NCBI RefSeq assembly: GCF_000143415.4
Contig: NW_003314317.1
Span: forward strand, 602,296-666,295
Direction: 5' to 3'
DNA: 64,000 nt
DNA from: Selaginella moellendorffii
Lineage: Eukaryota; Plantae; Lycopodiophyta
Shown here: positions 1 through 11,535 of the stretch, piece after piece
Numbering within the stretch: position 1 is the first letter of the stretch
Layout of the letters: each line of letters opens with the position of its first letter
Notes under the pieces: generated by a model
The model's database searches: none
What the model was told of the DNA's origin: nothing
Seen by the model: the letters and a program-made list of their open reading frames with translations, nothing else
Program-made: the position numbers and the translations under genes

Positions 1-485
1 CAGGTTGCAGCAAGGCAAAAGGAATATGGCAATAGGCTAGCAAGGGCCAAAGATGGCATGAGGCCTCATGCCATCTTGATATACACACAGCTGCAGGCAA
101 GTAAAAACATACATGACAATACGCTAGCCATGAAATTGCAAGGGCCCAAGATGGCATGTGGCATCATGCCATTTCTAAATGTGGTCCTAAGCCATTCCAT
201 GGTGAACATACCAGGAAGCACAAGTGCCGAATATCAAGAGGAAGCGGTAGCCACACCAAAGACAGTGCCGCTCACAACACCGCAACTACTCATAGCGCCG
301 CTCGCAACACTGCAACTGCTCGTAGCGTCGCTCGCACAAACTGCCACTCACATAAACTGCCGCTCGCAATGGCGCTCGCAATGCCGCAACCGCTCGTAGA
401 CGCATAAACCACAGCTCACAACGCCGCTTACACAAGCAGCGCTCACTGCGCTCAGCGGAACCAAGAACACGGCGCACAAAAATGA

Positions 486-2916
486 TAGACCTAGGAATGA
501 GTTCGAGAATTCAAAAATAACACACGCTTGAACGTCACATCAAATCCTCTGACAAACCAGATCTTATGATTCCTCTGACAAATTTCAAACTGAGTAGCTT
601 CTAGACTTTGCTGTCGGAGGTTGAACTTTGTCACATCATGTCCTTGCCTCGATCCAGCTGTGCCATGTCAGTGATTCGAACTTTGCCATGCCGTGTCAGC
701 GATCCAGGCCAAAATTATTCGCCGTGTAAAGGAATAATTATGCTGTGTGTGTACGTCCATTTATGGCAATATAAGGCCACACGCCATTCAAAGAATAATG
801 CTAGTCGAGCATTTTTTGGTGCATTTTTGGGTTCAAAATTGCATGAGCCCACACGCTATAAAGTTTACCTGTACCAAAAATAGAAACAACTTTATTTACT
901 TGGGAATTTAAGTGGTTGAGGCATTTTTAAACTTACAAACACATGCCCTACTTACATTCCTTTGGTTGCTTAAAATTCAAAAATATTATAAACCTTTCTT
1001 TTTGCATTTTCAATGTTTTCAATTATGGTTTTTGATTTTCGCAGGACCAGCCTAGAAATCTATTTGCATCCCGTCATGTTTATAGCTAGCTTTCGTTTGT
1101 CCCCTTCGCTAGCCTGAGATACATCTGCTCGGCATCTGCCTCTTACAGCATTTGCCCAGAAAGGGCATCTTTCTTCACGCAGCATTTGCCACATGTTTAG
1201 GGTTTAGGGTTTAAGGTTTAGCAATTCAGTAGCTTGATAAACATGCAAATATAGAACTTGATGCAAAATCCTTTGATATGTCACAATGCCCCTAGGACCA
1301 TAAACACATTTCAATAGAGAGGGTCCTTTCATTTCATAAATTAAACTCTTTACGTAGATCTTGGTGAAACCAGAGTTAGTGAAGTTGGTTTCTTGTGATC
1401 CTGCATCTGATTGTGATGTCCCTTTGCAGTGTCAATGGAAAGGTCAATGCACACCAAACTGTAAAATCTGAGCAAAATAACAGTCGGATCTATGGCAAAT
1501 GCCCCTGAAACATTGTAAGGCTCGTGTGGTCTCATGTAGTGTCCGATTGAGATGCTTCTTTGCAGGGTCATCAAGAAGGACATTGTATACCATTTTTTAT
1601 TTAGCTGAACATCTGGCATTTTTGGAAATACAAGATGCTTTGGAATATCCAATCATGCATGGTATAAATATAGCGAGGGTATTAAATAATATCCCAATCA
1701 TGATCTTTCTTTTGGATTTCGCGTGCATGCAGTCCGAGGAATGATGACGTTGCGGATTTCTTTTGGATTTGACGTGCATGCGTGTGGCCTCACATTATTT
1801 CCAGCTGCTAGCTTTTCATTTGTCAGCTCTAATTGTTGTCCATTTATGAACAGGCGAGGAATTGCGTTCTTCTTCCAGCCACTATCAATGTGGATGCAGA
1901 GAAGGGGGAGGAGCTCACCAGTTGGACTTTCGGGATGGAAGGCGAGGATCTGAGGCTGTACAACACAGATGGTGGGAGAAAAGAATGCATGGGGATCCTC
2001 ATCCAAGTGACAGACACTCCATGCAGTTCCATGCAAGAATATGGACTGGCACTTGTGGTAGAGACAGCGTCCGCCTTCAAGATCCACCTTGCACATCCTA
2101 GCGGCTTCCCGGAGGGGGGCAGCGGCTATGAGGAATTCCTAGAGGGAGCTAGGGAGAGGTTGTCCAGGAGGCCTACAATTTCAAAGACGCTGCGGGTCTA
2201 TGAAGATCACATGGAATCCACGGACCTCACCTACGGCGATGTTCAAAAACTATATTCCAACATTGAGCCGTTGAGAGTGCCTCCAGTTCGCGAAGCGAAG
2301 GGGAAGGGGGTCGATCTAGAAACTACCCCGAAGCAGAAAAGGGTGGTCAAGCTCAAGCCGACGTCCGACTCTCCTGGTCCAAAAAAGAAGCTACTCGGTG
2401 ATGCCATTGCCTCGGGTTCGAACACTACACCCACCAAAAAGAAGAGCCGCAGAGAGCAGAAAGAGCAAGAAGAGGCAGCAAAAATCGTCGCAGATAATAG
2501 TACTTGTTACTATTCCAACAAAGTATATACAATCGACGTGAGCCGTATCGACATCCAAAGCAAATACAACCACATGCTAGTATCTGATGAGTAGGTGGAG
2601 AAACTGAAGCAGAAGATGCTCGCAAGTCTAGTAACACCCGACATCGCAGACGTGATCCCCTACTACCGAACAATGAAGGGCGAGACGAGGTTTCCAGACT
2701 TGATCAATAGGAAGGTGTTGGGCGATTAGAACATCCGGTTCTATGCCGTCTCCGGGCAGCATTCTAGCTTGGCGATGCAAGAGATAGTTGTGGATATTAT
2801 GGTGGGCAAGGAGGTGAAGAAAGTCTTCAAGACAAGAGTTGTCCACCTGATAAAAGGCAACTTGCCCCTCCGATCTATCATATCCATCTCTCACGCGCAG
2901 AATGTCAAGCAAGAAA
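486..2916 (+). repeat. Tandem, internally deleted duplicate of 2917-6235 (includes a truncated copy of exon 2 of the ParB-like gene, ~1854-2916)
   Basis: 486-~1595 matches 2917-~4022; ~1517-1780 matches ~4174-4440; ~1780-2916 matches ~5098-6235. The junction CAAGAAA|TAGACCTAGG is at 2916/2917. ORF 1833-2594 is near-identical to 5152-6099 but has its own stops (2592, 2728). Confidence 0.92.
1196..1221 (+). repeat. Short interstitial plant telomeric repeat (TTTAGGG)n
   Basis: tttagggtttagggtttaaggtttag. Confidence 0.85.
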
Positions 2917-3626
2917 TAGACCTAGGAATGAGTTCGAGAATTCAAAAATAACACACGCTTGAACGTCACATCAAATCCTCTGACAAACCAGATCTTATGA
3001 TTCCTCTGACAAATTTCAAACTGAGTAGCTTCTAGACTTTGCTGTCGGAGGTTGAACTTTGTCACATCATGTCCTTGCCTCGATCCAGCTGTGCCATGTC
3101 AGTGATTCGAACTTTGCCATGCTATGTCAGCGATCCGCACCAAGATTATTCGCCGTGTAAAGGAATAATTATGCTGTGTGTGTACGTCCATTTATGGCAA
3201 TATAAGGCCACACGCCATTCAAAGAATAATGCTAGTCGAGCATTTTTTGGTGCATTTTTGGGTTCAAAATTGCATGAGCCCACATGCTATAAAGTTTACC
3301 TGTACCAAAAATAGAAACAGCTTTATTTACTTGGGAATTTAAGTGGTTGAGGCATTTTTAAACTTACAAACACATGCCCTACTTACATTCCTTTGGTTGC
3401 TTAAAATTCAAAAATATTATAAACCTTTCTTTTTGCATTTTCAATGTTTTCAATTATGGTTTTTGATTTTCGCAAGACCAGCCTAGTAATCTATTTGCAT
3501 CCCGTCATGTTTATAGCTAGCTTTCGTTTGTCCCCTTCGCTAGCCTGAGATACATCTGCTCGGCATCTGCCTCTTACAGCATTTGCCCAGAAAGGGCATC
3601 TTTCTTCACGCAGCATTTGCCACATG

Positions 3627-3652
3627 TTTAGGGTTTAGGGTTTAGGGTTTAG
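3627..3652 (+). repeat. Short interstitial plant telomeric repeat (TTTAGGG)3+
   Basis: tttagggtttagggtttagggtttag; duplicate of 1196-1221. Confidence 0.9.
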
Positions 3653-4909
3653 CAATTCAGTAGCTTGATAAACATGCAAATATAGAACTTGATGCAAAAT
3701 CCTTTGATATGTCACAATGCCCCTAAGACCATAAACACATTTCAATAGAGAGGGTCCTTTCATTTCATAACTCCTTACGTAGATCTTGGTGAAACCAAAG
3801 TTAGTGAAGTTAGTTTCTTGTGATCCCGCATCTGATTGTGATGTCCCTTTGCAGTGTCGATGGAAAGGTCAATGCACACCAAACTGTAGAATCTTGGAGC
3901 AAAATAACGGTCGGATCTATGGCAAATGCCCCTGAAACATTGTAAGGCTCGTGTGGTCTCATGTGGTGTCCGATTGAGATGCTTCTTTGCAGGGTCATCA
4001 AGAAAGACATTGTATACCATTCTGTAAAATCTAGTTGCGATCTAACGGTTGGATCTCCAGAAAACTCAAAAAAATCTCGTGCGTGTCAGAATATTCTAGG
4101 AATATACTCCTATGTGCCCCTGAAAATGGCATGCGGCCCCACGCCATTCAAGAGATAACGCCAGATGAATACATAAGGCTCGTGTGGTCTCATGTGGTGT
4201 CCGATCGAGATGCTTCTTTGCAGGGTCATCAAGAAGGACATTGTATACCATTCTTTATTTAGCTGAACATCTGGCATTTTTGGAAATACAAGATGCTTTG
4301 GAATATCCAATCATGCATGGTATAAATATAGCGAGGGTATTAAATGATTTCCCAATCATGATCTTTCTTTTGGATTTCGCGTGCATGCAGTCCGAGGAAT
4401 GATGACGTTGCGGATTTCTTTTGGATTTGACGTGCATGCATGCGCGCGGCGATCCAGAAATTAATGGTGGCACCCAAGTCCGAGGAATGATGACGTGGCG
4501 GGATTACCAACCGTCGTGACATTTCGCGCGTGTGAGGTTAGGTTTTGCATTTTGCATCGTACTCGCGCTCGCACACTCGCGCTCGCATCGCGCTCCCACT
4601 CGCGATCACGCTCACATTCGCGCTCATCTACCTTCTCTACAGGTTTCTCGTGTGCATTGGCGTCCACTCGCGCTTGCATCACACTCATGCTCGCATCGCG
4701 CTCGTGTGCATCGGCGTCCACTTCAAGACACACCCAGTTTGTAACTTCGCCGCCAACTCCACCGCCCACTCCGCCACCCACACGCAGCCCACTTGGCGTC
4801 CTGGGAGATTTCAGCGCCACTCTCCAACTGTAAGTGGCAGAGTAGCCTTGCTGCTACGATCCGCTGCACACACAGTGCACATTCGCCAGCGAGTCCAGCC
4901 TCGATTGTC

Positions 4910-7900
4910 ATGGCCTCCATTCGGCTTCAAATGGTAAGTCTTTTAGGCCAAGTAGAAAATGGCATGAGGCCACATGCCATTCAGTAGCAACATTGGCATG
5001 CACCGATTGGGCTCTCGAGTGCAGTCCGGTTACAGATGGCGTGTAGCCTCACGCCATCTTAGGATGCAGCCTCAAGACATCTGATGCAGTGGTGAATGGC
5101 GTGTGGCCTCACGTTATTTCCAGCTGCTAGCTTTTCATCTGTCAGCTCTAATTGTTGTGCATTTCTGAACAGGTGAGGAATTGCGTTCTTCTTCCAGCCA
5201 CTGTCAATGTGGATGCAGAGAAGGGGGAGGAGCTCACCAGTTGGACTTTCGGGATGGAAGGTGAGGATCTGAGGCTGTACAACACAGATGGTGGGAGAAA
5301 AGAATGCATGGGGATCCTCATCCAAGTGACAGACACTCCATGCAGTTCCATGCAAGAATATGGACTGGCACTTGTGGTAGAGACAGCGTCCGCCTTCAAG
5401 ATCCACCTTGCACATCCTAGCGGCTTTCCGGAGGGGGGCAGCGGCTATGAGGAATTCCTAGAGGGAGCTAGGGAGAGGTTGTCCAGGAGGCCCATAATTT
5501 CAAAGACGCTGCGGGTCTATAAAGATCACATGGAATCCACGGACCTCACCTACGGCGATGTTCAAAAACTATATTCCAACATTGAGCCATTGAGAGTGCC
5601 TCCAGTTCGCAAAGCGAAGGGGAAGGGGGTCGATCTAAAAACTACCCCAAAGTAGAAAAGGGTGGTCAAGCTCAAGCCGACGTTCGACTCTCCTGGTCCA
5701 AAAAAGAAGCTACTCGGTGATGCCATTGCCTCGGGTTCGAACACTACACCCACCAAAAAGAAGAGCCGTAGAGAGCAGAAAGAGCAAGAAGAGGCAGCAA
5801 AAATCGTCGCAGATAATAGTACTTGTTACTATTCCAACAAAGTATATACAATCGACGTGAGCCGTATCGACATCCAAAGCAAATACAACCACAGGCTAGT
5901 ATCTGATGAGTGGGTGGAGAAACTGAAGCAGAAGATGCTCGCAAGTCCAGTAACACCCGACATCACAGATGTGATCCCCTACTACCGAACAATGAAGGGC
6001 GAGACGAGGTTTCCAGACTTGATCAATAGGAATGTGTTGGACGATCAGAACATCCGGTTCTATGCCGTCTCCGGGCAGCATTCTAGCTTGGCGATGTAAG
6101 AGATAGTTGTGGATATTATGGTGGGCGAGGAGGTGAAGAAAGTCTTCAAGACAAAAGTTGTCCACCTGATAAAAGGCAACTCGCCCCTCCGATTTATCAT
6201 ATTCATCTCCCACGCGTAGAATGTCAAGCAAGAAACGTGCTACAAATCGGGTCTGCACGAGACATTGGCACAAACACGGAAGCTCTGGGTTCAACTGAAG
6301 AAGCCACAAAAACCAGGACAAGGACGTGCACTAGCACCTAGCGCCTGGCAGGTAAGCCTCGTTGCATGTGGCATAGCATGTGGCCTCACGCCATTTCCAT
6401 TGTAGGAATTCTCGAGTCTTCTCTTGAAAACACTAGGGGTCAATGACACACTCAGCATCCATAACATTCTACTCGCGACAAAAGTTGTTTTTGACAAATG
6501 GGTAGATGTGCTGAGGAGGTACCATGACGGGGAGTTGCTAAACTCAATGGGTGTGGAGGACGGCCGGAAGCCCAATGATTTGAAGCTCAACGCCTTGCGT
6601 TTCTCGCGGTCTCTAGACGACGACGACCTTCTGACAGTGGCTAATGCTCTTCTACGTGGTGAGGTAGTCTTCAACAAGACCAAAATGACTCCCGGCCATA
6701 TTGTGACATACGAGGACTTGTGCACGACTCTGAGAGCTCGTGCGCTATTGAAGGATTGGATCTTCGAGCAAGTGGCCGTGGGGAGGGTGAGCATCGACAC
6801 CACGCAAGAGATGATGGAAGAGCTGGAGTTGTCAAATGAAGACATCGACGAGTACGTGAAGGGGGCCCCCAAGTTCATCGATCTGCTGCGGGATGCCACG
6901 AAAAGTAAAGCTGAGAAGTTGGATCAGTATCCAGATTTCATTAAGAGGGATGTCGACCGCCGGCTTCAGAAACAGCTCGACCCCGCAGCAGAGGCCTATC
7001 GAGAACCTTACCGGGTATACGTGAATTCGGATGAGGATCAAAGGTGGAGGAGCATCGTTTCCCGCGGAGATGAGCAGGTCAAAAACATCGTTTGTGTGAT
7101 GGACTTCACAAACAAGGAGATCACTCATGCAAACGAAGTCAGCTCCATCATTGACTTAATGGTGGGACTTGCGGAGGTGGAATCTTCAGTCCACTATATG
7201 ATCTACGACTCCGAATCCTATCACAAGTTCTGGAAGGCCTTGAACGAGGTGAAGGCTCGGTTGAAAGGCAAGGAGATGCAGGAGATCCATGGGATAATGG
7301 CTAAGAAGAAGATACCGACGAATGTCCGCATCTTCACACTCGCCCTTGTTATTGGTCCTGCAGCAGAGTGGGACTAGAGTGACTTCCCAGCTTCGTTCGA
7401 CAAGGCCGATCGAATTGATCTGAGGGAGGTCAATTTACCCGTGCCTGAGGAACTGAAGACGGCTATAGAGCTTTCGAATCCAAAGAAAGCTCCAGGTGCA
7501 GCATGGGAAATGCTCATCTGGGTCTTCAACGCAATAGCAGGTGGGTCACCTGCTTCCGACTCCAAGGGCAAATGCGTTGTCGAGTACAACTGCGGCGGAC
7601 TATTCTTTCGAGCCGCACTACTTAAGGGTGTCCCGTGTGTTGCGGTGACAAACTCCATTGAAGAGGTGACTTCAATGGAGCATATAATTACAGTTGCCAA
7701 AGAAAAATAGTATCTTCTCTTCGAACCTGGTGAGTACGCACTTTAAGTTTAAATGTTATCTCACAAGCTCTATATGCAGGAGCGTGGCCACCCCCAGATG
7801 CTGAAACGGCGTTAACAGCTACTGTTGAAGATACCCATGTTGGGCCGAGCTCACAACCTGCACAAGGTAAGGTCATGTGAGGCCTCATGCCATTTTGATT

Positions 7901-10414
7901 ATAGATCGTTGTGAATATTCAGACACGAGGACTGAAAAGCGCACTGGTGGCGCGTCGAAGAAGGACAAACAGACAAGCAATAGGAAAAAAGGAGGTATAA
8001 ATTATATTTACAATGGCATGTGGTCTCATGCCATTCCTTGCAGGAGACACTTCTTCAAAGGCAAAACAGGCAAGCACCAGCCAAGCTCAAACTGACAGTG
8101 GTCATAAAAAGCGAAAGCACGTTGGACAGTCGTCGGGATCAGAGGCGTTTGATTCGAAAAGGAAGAAGAGCAACGAAAAGATGATAGGTAATGCCTCGCG
8201 GTCACCACCTCCTGACTCAGATTCCTATGGCGGACTCCCCTTCCCCAATCTCAATGGAGAGGTACAATAGATGAGGGATGCTTTTCAAGTCAGGGCCACG
8301 TTTTTCTCATCTCGTCGTCTTCGAAGGGTGCAAGAACGTGCAGAAACCATGTTAAGACAGTCGGGTGAGGATACGGTCCTAGGTCACGCACTAAAACAGG
8401 CTATGGATGTCTTGTATTTTGAGATGGAGACTCGGCCAGATGATTTTCCCAAGATGGTCCCGGAAGAACAAGCCATCCAGCTTGACCAGCCTATGGAAGA
8501 AATGCAGGAGGGGGATGAGGAGCCAGAGAAAGATAATGAGCAGGAAGAGCAGAAGGACGAAGAGGAGGACAAAGAAGAGGAGGACGAAGAAGAGGAGGAC
8601 GAAGAGGACTTGGATGGTCCTCACAATGGTGACGATCACAATAACAACGACGACGATGATGACGACGATGGCCAGCCTGAGGTGGCCAAAGAGCAGCGGA
8701 GGAAGGTCATACAAGACAAACCATCAGGTAAATAATAGTACATCCATTCCTAACCTTTTACCATTTCTAACATTGTCCATGTAGGTTGCAAAGCAAATGG
8801 TAAGTAGAGATTATTCAGTTGAATTAAGATACAAACTCTAGCCTTTAGTGTCGAGGAAGGATAGTGCCAAGCAAGGGTCAAAACGTATGTCCAATCCTTC
8901 AGAATCAGCAGTGCGCCCAAGTGATATCGGTCCTAGTTCCTCAATAGCAGTTGATGGTAAATACAGTATAGTCGATTCAATGTGCTAATGAATTTGTTTT
9001 TAGTGGCCAGTAGGGAGGATACCATCTCAATCGAAGGGAGATATTTGGACATGCATATGGATCCGCCAGTGGACTCTACTTGCCTACAAGAGTCATCAGA
9101 GCTGGTGGAGGCTACTATCCATATCAACGCCAAGCAAGCTGACCACGCTCCACTTGATGCTGCCCATACCACTGAGTCAATCTTGTCCACGTATCCAACT
9201 GACGGTGACCAAGCGCCATTGGACCCGCATGAGGCCGCCCCAGCCGCCGAGCCGGTCGTATCCTCATTTCCAACGGACTCAACGTGTGCCCAATCGTCTG
9301 ACTACGTGCCGTTGGAACCTCCCTACACCGCCCCTGCTGCCTGTTCGGTCATGTCCACTTTGCCAACGGAGGCACCAGCTGAAATGGCGTGTGATCACAC
9401 GCCATCGGAACCACCCCATGCCACTGTTGAGCCAGTTGTACCAGAGTCTACAGCTGAAATGGCATGTGCCCACACGCCATCGGATGCGATTGACCCCACA
9501 TTGCAGAGGAGAGTATTTCCGCCCTTCACGTTTCCTCGACCAAAACCCTCTCAACGACCATCAGGAGCACCATTCGCTAATATTGTAGATGGTAAAATTG
9601 ACTTGTACCATTTTTTATGCTGACGCATTTCATTTCAGAGTCACGGCGAAGGTACTGTATCGTTTTTGATCTGAACGGTGTCCTTTTCTCCCATGAGCGT
9701 GGCTCGTCCTCGAATGTCACTGCACCCTCCAAAGCCTGCGGTCGCAAGTTGGTCAAAAGAGATAGATTCACATTAATCACACGGGAGAAACTGCGGGATC
9801 TAATAATGACCATGCGACACTTAAAACTGAGGGCCGGGTTCAATTTGCAATTGGGAGTTTGGACATCCATGATGCGCCACAATGCATTAACGTTGCTACA
9901 GATGATGCACGATCAGACGCGAGTAATATTACCATTTGACTTTCTCCTAACGCAGGAGGATTGCTTGACTATGGTCCATGTGAGGGGTAGCAAGCCCATC
10001 TTCGTCAAGCCAGAGGCTGTAGTGATGAACCGGACTGCTAGGTCAAGTGAAATCCTCATCATCGATGACTCGCCGGTTAAAACTGCAGCGAACACGCACA
10101 CATATGCAGTGCACCCCATCTCTTGCAGTATGGAAACTAGGGAGAAGAAATCGTATGTTCTGGGGGACCTTGCAAAACGGCTTGGAGCGATGGTGATAGA
10201 GAACCGGCCAGTCCAGGAGGTGGCTGCAGAAATCAACCAAATGGCAGATGGAACGGTATATCAGAAGCCATTTGATCGGACAGACACCAGTCATCATTTA
10301 TGGCATGTATATTGTCTAGCCAAGCACTATTCGCATCTCCATAATCTGCTCAAATTGGACGACGATGACAAGGAGAAGAGAGAGGTGAAGCAGTGGCAGG
10401 GGGAGGAGAAGTGA
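4910..10414 (+). pseudogene. 10-exon multidomain gene: ParB/Srx-like N-domain, degenerate beta-class N6A/N4C DNA methyltransferase fold, acidic/Pro-rich linker, FCP1/NIF-like HAD phosphatase (~1618 aa if stops are read through)
   Basis: Exons joined by GT-AG introns with consistent phases: 4910-4933, 5173-6351, 6406-7729, 7780-7866, 7923-7994, 8044-8727, 8785-8799, 8849-8956, 9004-9591, 9639-10414 (4857 nt, no frameshift). In-frame stops at 5653, 6097, 6217, 7375, 7708, 8268; the upstream duplicate has CAG/CAA at the first three. Motifs: YTIDVSRIDIQSKYNHRLVSDEWVEKLKQKM...FYAVSGQHSSLA...ISHAQN (ParB/Srx-like); VCVMDFTN...NPKKAP...GKCVVEYNCGG..FRAALLKGVPCVAV (beta-MTase motif order); IVFDLNGVL...VWTSMM...IIDDSPVK (FCP1/NIF HAD). 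Confidence 0.7.
9639..10414 (+). CDS. FCP1/SCP (NIF)-like HAD phosphatase domain, DLNG variant (last exon of the 4910-10414 gene; intact ORF)
   Basis: ORF 9617-10414 has HAD motif I as DLNGVL, then VWTS, TQEDC, FVKP and IIDDSPVK. Acceptor TTTCAG at 9633-9638 is in phase with the preceding exon. Confidence 0.8.
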
Positions 10415-11244
10415 TTGAGTAGACATTTCCTTGTTTAAAATAAAATGGCATATGCCTCAATGCAGTTGAATTTTGTTATATTTATATACTATATAAAGGT
10501 TTGGAAACCTTATTTTACAAGTGGGATAATGACAATTCCCACTTTAACGAAATAGAGCTTTTGCTTAGTTGCCTCATAGTTGTCAAGTCCTACAACTCAT
10601 TGCTGGTGCTTCCACACCTCCATCATTATCTGGGTCACCACACTCCAACTGCATGCTTTGCCACTTAGGCTATGCCATTCCCATTTCCATTGGGATTCCT
10701 TTGGCAAGGGGTTCTCATGAACCCACCAGCATAGTGTAAGCCACAAATTTTTCCTTTCCAATTTGCCAGCTTACCTCGTCTATCCGTCCAACACTGCCTT
10801 GGCTTTTGCTAAGTTCCCTCGCCAAGGTTCTCGCCTACCTAGCGGCCCGGTATGGGTACCTCTCGCCCCTCACTTCCATCCCGAAGGAAGGCCCAAGCCC
10901 CTAGGAAGGGCGAGGACCAATGAGCCGCATGGTACTCAAGTGGGGCACCACTCCACATGAGCCGGGAGCACCGCAATTGGTTTCCCTTTCGGGAGTGGGA
11001 GCTGCTCTTGAGCACTTCCTTGGATGGCCCCTCCGGCACCAGCCAAGTCCATGCTCACTCCCACCCAAGGCCCCTCGGTCCCAGTCTCAACCTCAAGTCG
11101 GTTTGGAAGCCCAACTGGAGAGTCCCTTCAAAACTGGTTCCTGGACCTCACTATCCCTACTATACTTTTGGAACCCCCTGCAGCCCCCCCCCCCCTGGGA
11201 GACGCACGCTTTGGGCTTTCACCCCTTGACCCGTATTAGTATTT

Positions 11245-11535
11245 GGACTTAGTCTCTGGCTCGATCTCGGACCCGATTTCGGATCCGACTTCGGATTCGG
11301 GTTCGGACTCGATCTCGAACTCGATCTCGGACCCGATCTCGGACCTGACCTCGGACTCGACCTCGGACTCGGTCTCAGACCTGACTTCGGATCTCGGACT
11401 CCGTCTCGAACTCGGTCTCGAACTCGGACTCGAACTCGGTCCCCGAGTCGGTCTCGGACTCGATTCCGGACTCTATCTCGAACTCGGTCCTAGAGTCGGT
11501 CTTGGACTCGATCTTCGACTTGGTCCCATCCGATG
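11245..11535. repeat. Hexamer-based satellite (CTCGGA/CTCGAT/CTCGGT variants)
   Basis: Direct reading of tandem 6/12-bp units. Confidence 0.9.

Larger units (their letters stand above)
50..9480. repeat. Dispersed 22-bp palindrome family, consensus ATGGCRTGWGGCCWCAYGCCAT
   Basis: Copies at 50-77 (perfect 28-bp palindrome), 151-172, 4126-4147, 4959-4980, 5036-5057, 5096-5117, 6373-6394, 7872-7893, 8013-8034, 9384-9405 (perfect) and 9459-9480. Partial copies near 770, 1780, 3200 and 10445. Confidence 0.9.

Noticed and set aside
4461-4937. Overlapping Arg/Ser/Ala-rich ORFs
   Set aside because: GC-rich low-complexity promoter/5' UTR sequence upstream of ATG 4910, with no domain signal.
7050-7710. 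Active DNA methyltransferase
   Set aside because: No DPPY/NPPY/SPPY catalytic motif and a degenerate FxGxG; at most an inactive fold.
50-9480. Palindromic repeats as a CRISPR array or REP elements
   Set aside because: Spacing is irregular (tens to thousands of bp), there is no repeat-spacer periodicity or cas gene, and the context is eukaryotic.
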